64,000 bases of DNA, from positions 750,012-814,011 of the forward strand of contig CATOSI010000001.1 of assembly GCA_951812505.1 (NCBI GenBank), read 5' to 3'. Position 1 is the first letter of the stretch, and every line of letters begins with the position of its first letter. Shown piece after piece: positions 60,200-64,000 of the stretch. The translations under genes were made by a program, and so were the position numbers. This DNA is from an uncultured Dehalococcoidia bacterium (lineage in GTDB: Bacteria; Chloroflexota; Dehalococcoidia; Lucifugimonadales; UBA1123). The notes beneath the pieces are model-generated. The model was not told the origin of the DNA. It worked only from the letters and a program-made list of their open reading frames with translations, and searched no databases.

Positions 60200-60817
60200 T
60201 TACTCGCTAATCGTCCCCTTGGTGCTGGGCACCTGCCCTGCCCTGCGCGGATCGGCCTCCAGCGCTGTCCTGAGCGACCTCGCCAAGCTCTTGAAGACTG
60301 CCTCCGCCTTGTGATGATTGTTTACGCCGGACAGCAAGCGGACGTGCAGGTTGAATCGACCCTCGCGGGCGAACGACTCCAGAAAGTGGCGCACAAGGTC
60401 CCCCGGCAGCCCGCCCATGTCACTGTCGCCGATCTCGGCTTCTATCACGGCATAGCCGCGGCCGCCGAAGTCCACGACAGTGAGAGCGAGTGTCTCGTCC
60501 AGCGGCATGTAGGTGTGAGCGGCGCGTCGGATACCGGCGCCGTTGCCGACAGCCTCGGACAACGCCCTACCGAGCACTATACCGAGATCTTCTACGAGGT
60601 GGTGCAGTCCGACATCAGTGTCTCCGCGCGCGGAAACCCTGAGATCAATGAGGCCATGCCTGGACAACTGCGCCAGCAGGTGCGTGAACATCCCGTTCAC
60701 GACATCCAGCTCGTATTCGCCGGATCCGTCAATATTGAGTTCGACGGAGATCTGGGTTTCGGCGGTGTTGCGCTCGATTCTGGCTGTCCTGGGGGCACGT
60801 TCGGTCATTTCTTCCAT
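60200..60817 (-). CDS. hisB: Imidazoleglycerol-phosphate dehydratase
   Basis: RNTAETQI, HHLVED, PLDE, NNHHKAEA, PSTKG. Confidence 0.96.
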   Translation of the reverse strand: MEEMTERAPRTARIERNTAETQISVELNIDGSGEYELDVVNGMFTHLLAQLSRHGLIDLRVSARGDTDVGLHHLVEDLGIVLGRALSEAVGNGAGIRRAAHTYMPLDETLALTVVDFGGRGYAVIEAEIGDSDMGGLPGDLVRHFLESFAREGRFNLHVRLLSGVNNHHKAEAVFKSLARSLRTALEADPRRAGQVPSTKGTISE

Positions 60818-60883
60818 GTGTCAGTCTGTCCTATGAATTCCCGCTTTCGCGGGAATGACGGTAAACGTTGCCGGCCGCGTCGG

Positions 60884-62002
60884 TCATTGGGAAATCTCTC
60901 TCACGGCGTTGAGGAAAGCAGCATTCTCGTCCGGGGTCCCAATCGCCACTCTGAAGCAGTCGCGCAACCTGTCGGAACTGAAATTCCTGACGAATATACC
61001 GCGAGCGGCGAGTTGGTCGAACATCTGCTGGGCGTCTTCGGGACGGTCCATCTGGCAGAGTATGTAGTTGCCCTGGGACGGCCAGGGCTTGATGCCGTTA
61101 ATCTCAGACAGGCTCCCAAAGAGCGCCTCGCGGTCATCAACAATGCTCTGGACATTGCCGAGCAGATATTCGCTGTCTTCGAGCGAGGCTATCGCGGCAG
61201 CCTCGGCGGCGACATTGACGTTGTACGGGGACTTGATATCTATGATGTGATCCACTATGCCACTGCCCATTATGCCGTAGCCGACTCGAAGTCCGGCAAG
61301 TCCGGCCCACTTGCTCATGGTGCGGAGAATCACCAGGTTTTCATACTGCCCAATGAGATTTCCGACAGTCTCCTTGCTGAACTCGTAGTATGCCTCGTCA
61401 ATGACGACGATAAGGCCTGTGTCCAGCAGAGCGCGAACCTGTTCCTCTGACACCATGTTGCCAGTAGGGTTGTTGGGGGAGCTCAAGAAGATAATCTTGG
61501 TCTTGTCGTCTATGGCTTCACGTACGGCCTGAAGGTCAATTTCAAATAGCTCGTCGCGTTGGACGAGACGAAGTTCCCCGCCATTTATTCTGGCGCAGAA
61601 CGCGTACATGGCAAATGTTGGTTCGCAGTCGAGAATAACATCGCCAGGCTCGATAAAGAGCCTGAAAAGCAGGTCAATTAGTTCGTCGCTTCCGGCGCCC
61701 GCGATGATGTTTTCGGTCGGAAATCCGGTGTAATCGGAGAGCGAGGCGCGGAGATTGCGCTGGAACGGGTCAGGGTATATGTGCATGGGAGTCCTCGCCA
61801 TTGCCTCAGCAGCTTTGGGTGACGGCCCGTAGGGGTTCTCGTTGCCGTTCAGCTTGACTATGGACTTGGCGGGAATACCAGCCCTCTCGGCCAGCACTTC
61901 GGGAGGATCCACGGGCTGGTAGGTCTGTATAGAGGCCAAGTGGGGCCTGATTAGCTGTTCGATTCGGTTTTCAGGCATATCGGACTCCTGAGATGCTGTC
62001 AT
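60884..62002 (-). CDS. hisC: Histidinol-phosphate aminotransferase
   Basis: KLNGNENPY, GSDE, PNNPTG, DEAYYEF, RTMSK..GLAGLRVGY. Confidence 0.96.
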   Translation of the reverse strand: MTASQESDMPENRIEQLIRPHLASIQTYQPVDPPEVLAERAGIPAKSIVKLNGNENPYGPSPKAAEAMARTPMHIYPDPFQRNLRASLSDYTGFPTENIIAGAGSDELIDLLFRLFIEPGDVILDCEPTFAMYAFCARINGGELRLVQRDELFEIDLQAVREAIDDKTKIIFLSSPNNPTGNMVSEEQVRALLDTGLIVVIDEAYYEFSKETVGNLIGQYENLVILRTMSKWAGLAGLRVGYGIMGSGIVDHIIDIKSPYNVNVAAEAAAIASLEDSEYLLGNVQSIVDDREALFGSLSEINGIKPWPSQGNYILCQMDRPEDAQQMFDQLAARGIFVRNFSSDRLRDCFRVAIGTPDENAAFLNAVREISQ

Positions 62003-62020
62003 TAAGTTGCGGAACGACGC

Positions 62021-63343
62021 TCAGGACAGTTCCTGGCGAATCTCGGCGGCCTCCGCATGTGCCGTCAAGCCCTCCGCGCGAGCAATTATTGCGGCTGTCC
62101 GCGACAGCGCAACCGACTCGGCATCTTCGAGGGCAATCACGGGAATAGTCTTCAGAAACTTGTGCACGCCCACACCGGAGTTGAACCTTGCGGTGCCGGA
62201 AGTAGGCATTACGTGGCTCGGGCCGGCGACATAATCTCCGAGAACCTCGTGGGAGAACTCTCCCACGAATACCGCACCGGCATTCCTTATCTTCCCTATC
62301 CAGGACCATGGATCGGCAACAGCAAGACACATATGCTCTGGCGCGAAGGCGTTAGCAAGTTCAATTGCCTGCTCAACATCTTCTACAACGGCGATAGTTC
62401 CCTGTCCCTCGACCGAAGCCCTTGCGACCGATTCTCGACTGAGTCTTCTGAGTCGGGTCTCGACTTCTCGGGCAACTTGCGCAGCGAGCTGTTCGGACGT
62501 GCAGACGAGTACAGGTCGAGCCATCGCATCATGTTCGGCTTGGGCGAGCATGTCAGCGGCGCAAAGAGTCGGGTTCGCTGAGGCATCGGCGACAATCAAT
62601 GTTTCGGTGGGACCGTAGAGGCCGTCTATACCTACATCGCCGTAAACCAACTTCTTAGCGAGGGTGACAAACAGGTTTCCGGGACCGCAGACCACATCCG
62701 CGGCGGGAACAGTCTCAGTTCCGTAAGCCATTGCCGCTATAGCCTGCGCGCCGCCAACGGCAAACACACGGTCAACACCGGCAATCTGAGAGGCGGCAAG
62801 TACGACAGGATCGGGCAGGCCGCCCTCCCTGGCCGGTGAGCAGAGCGTTATCTCGTCAACTCCAGCCACGCGCGCGGGAATCGCGGTCATAATCGCAGTC
62901 GAGGGAAGCGGAGCGCTGCCTCCGGGTATATACACCCCTACCCGCTCGCAAGGCCGGACAACAGCGCCATAACCGGCGGAGAAGTCCATCCAGTCGTTTG
63001 ACATGGAGGCTTCGTGGTAGCGGCGAACTCTGTCCGCGGAGAGTGACAGCGCCTCAAGGACAAGCGGATCGACAGAGTCGGCCGCTGACTTGACTACGTC
63101 CGGGTCAACTTCGATTCGTTCCTGTTCCGAGCCTTCAATAAGAAGCGAGAGGCGCCTAATCGCATCGTCTCCATTAGCCTTCACATCTTCTATAATGCGG
63201 GACACGACTTCCAGCGGAGTCAGTCGTTCTCCAAAAATCTGCTCGGAACTATCCAGAAATGCCTGCGGTACGCTTGATAAGTCAAGACGCCTGCCCTCTG
63301 ACAGAGCGGAGCGGGACTTCTCGTATCCCTTCACGACTTTCAT
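62021..63343 (-). CDS. hisD: Histidinol dehydrogenase
   Basis: YIPGG, GGAQAIAA.AYGT, GPGN, QAEHD, APEH, GDYVAGPSHVMPT. Confidence 0.97.
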   Translation of the reverse strand: MKVVKGYEKSRSALSEGRRLDLSSVPQAFLDSSEQIFGERLTPLEVVSRIIEDVKANGDDAIRRLSLLIEGSEQERIEVDPDVVKSAADSVDPLVLEALSLSADRVRRYHEASMSNDWMDFSAGYGAVVRPCERVGVYIPGGSAPLPSTAIMTAIPARVAGVDEITLCSPAREGGLPDPVVLAASQIAGVDRVFAVGGAQAIAAMAYGTETVPAADVVCGPGNLFVTLAKKLVYGDVGIDGLYGPTETLIVADASANPTLCAADMLAQAEHDAMARPVLVCTSEQLAAQVAREVETRLRRLSRESVARASVEGQGTIAVVEDVEQAIELANAFAPEHMCLAVADPWSWIGKIRNAGAVFVGEFSHEVLGDYVAGPSHVMPTSGTARFNSGVGVHKFLKTIPVIALEDAESVALSRTAAIIARAEGLTAHAEAAEIRQELS

Positions 63344-63999
63344 GACAGGTAGTCCCTAAGTGAGTCAACTATCGTCTCGACGGCCTCAGCTCTGAATTCC
63401 TCGACGCACGAGCGAGGAACATGTTCGTACAGGGTATCAAGCGAGTCGTCCACCGACACAAGGAAACGTTCAGTGTATGAATATGCCGGGTGGCTCTCAT
63501 CGCCCGCGGAGATGCGCCTGGCCATGAACCTTAGTCTCTCCCATGAAAAGCCGCCCGACATGACTCGTGCGACCCACTCCTTCCACTGTAGCAAGTCTTC
63601 CTGGGGAAGAAACTGTATATTCACATTTCTGGTGTCGGGGTCCATGCCGGCAACAGACCTCTGGACATCGTTCCAGACAGTCCTGTCGAAATCCAGTTGT
63701 AGGGCACGATCCCAGACCTTGGCCATCGCGTCGGTCTCGAACGCATTGGGCTGCCCGAAGTACGGCCTGAACATCCTCACGATGTACGATTCGTCCGCTA
63801 TAAGGTGCGTCATGTAACCGGCTATGAAGGCACGCATCGGGCCGTCGTGTTCCGCGGCCTCCATGAGCTCAGGATGGGCGACAAACATCGCGTCCACGCC
63901 GGTTCCAATCGTCTCGAAGTCCAGTTCGACGAAGTGGTACTCGGATCGGGCACGCTTCGTGAGCGCTCGTATGTCGGGAGAGGTCGAGCCCAGATAGAA
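63340..63999 (-). CDS. Zinc-dependent phospholipase C-like family protein, 5' end beyond the window
   Basis: Frame stays open to the window edge: FYLGSTSPDIR...HF...AFIAGYMTHLIADE. Confidence 0.7.
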   Translation of the reverse strand, partial: FYLGSTSPDIRALTKRARSEYHFVELDFETIGTGVDAMFVAHPELMEAAEHDGPMRAFIAGYMTHLIADESYIVRMFRPYFGQPNAFETDAMAKVWDRALQLDFDRTVWNDVQRSVAGMDPDTRNVNIQFLPQEDLLQWKEWVARVMSGGFSWERLRFMARRISAGDESHPAYSYTERFLVSVDDSLDTLYEHVPRSCVEEFRAEAVETIVDSLRDYLS

Positions 64000-64000
64000 G

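Larger units (their letters stand above)
21273..60859 (+). repeat. Dispersed ~25-bp REP-like palindrome family GGATTCCCGCCTTCGCGGGAATGAC (13 copies)
   Basis: Copies start at 21273, 30834, 39895, 42634, 44016, 44348, 49786, 55949, 56558, 59012, 59812, 60166, 60835; several are degenerate. Confidence 0.88.

Overview
Bacterial chromosomal segment with high GC overall and a few AT-richer islands. Gene content (DUF6391, DUF3105, dapL, archaeal-type apgM, Uma2, YyaL, abundant REP-like repeats) suggests Chloroflexota/Dehalococcoidia, SAR202-like; this is an inference. In order it carries: (1) a lower-GC GNAT-PIN-PUA plus ASCH module; (2) a minus-strand C1/pterin-cofactor cluster fhs-moeA-moeA-mobA-moaD-aor-nuoE-nuoF-fdhA, interrupted by two apparently disabled PIN toxin-antitoxin pairs; (3) a Zn-ADH, a duplicated-domain protein, an MFS transporter and Uma2; (4) a low-GC toxin/HTH-ImmA pair next to a decayed type ISP RM fragment; (5) aroC, an SDR, glcDEF, yyaL, a thioredoxin-NHL gene, tenA, tRNA-Arg(TCT), smpB, an S41 protease and a wHTH-TIR-like gene; (6) the housekeeping runs tsaC-prenyltransferase-pgk-apgM-tpiA-miaA-dapF-dapL-hflX, guaA-purDEBC-purS and hisDCB. 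Two observations stand out. At 25142-25389 there are two adjacent but unrelated 36-bp repeat / 36-bp AT-richer insert / 36-bp repeat units inside the 3' end of a small membrane-protein gene, with no cas gene in view; they look like ectopic spacer-integration (neo-CRISPR) scars. At 34443-34445 an in-frame UGA sits in the C-U-I-N-C redox motif of the thioredoxin-NHL protein and is followed by a SECIS-like hairpin (predicted selenoprotein). All family calls come from motif recognition by eye; no database searches were run.
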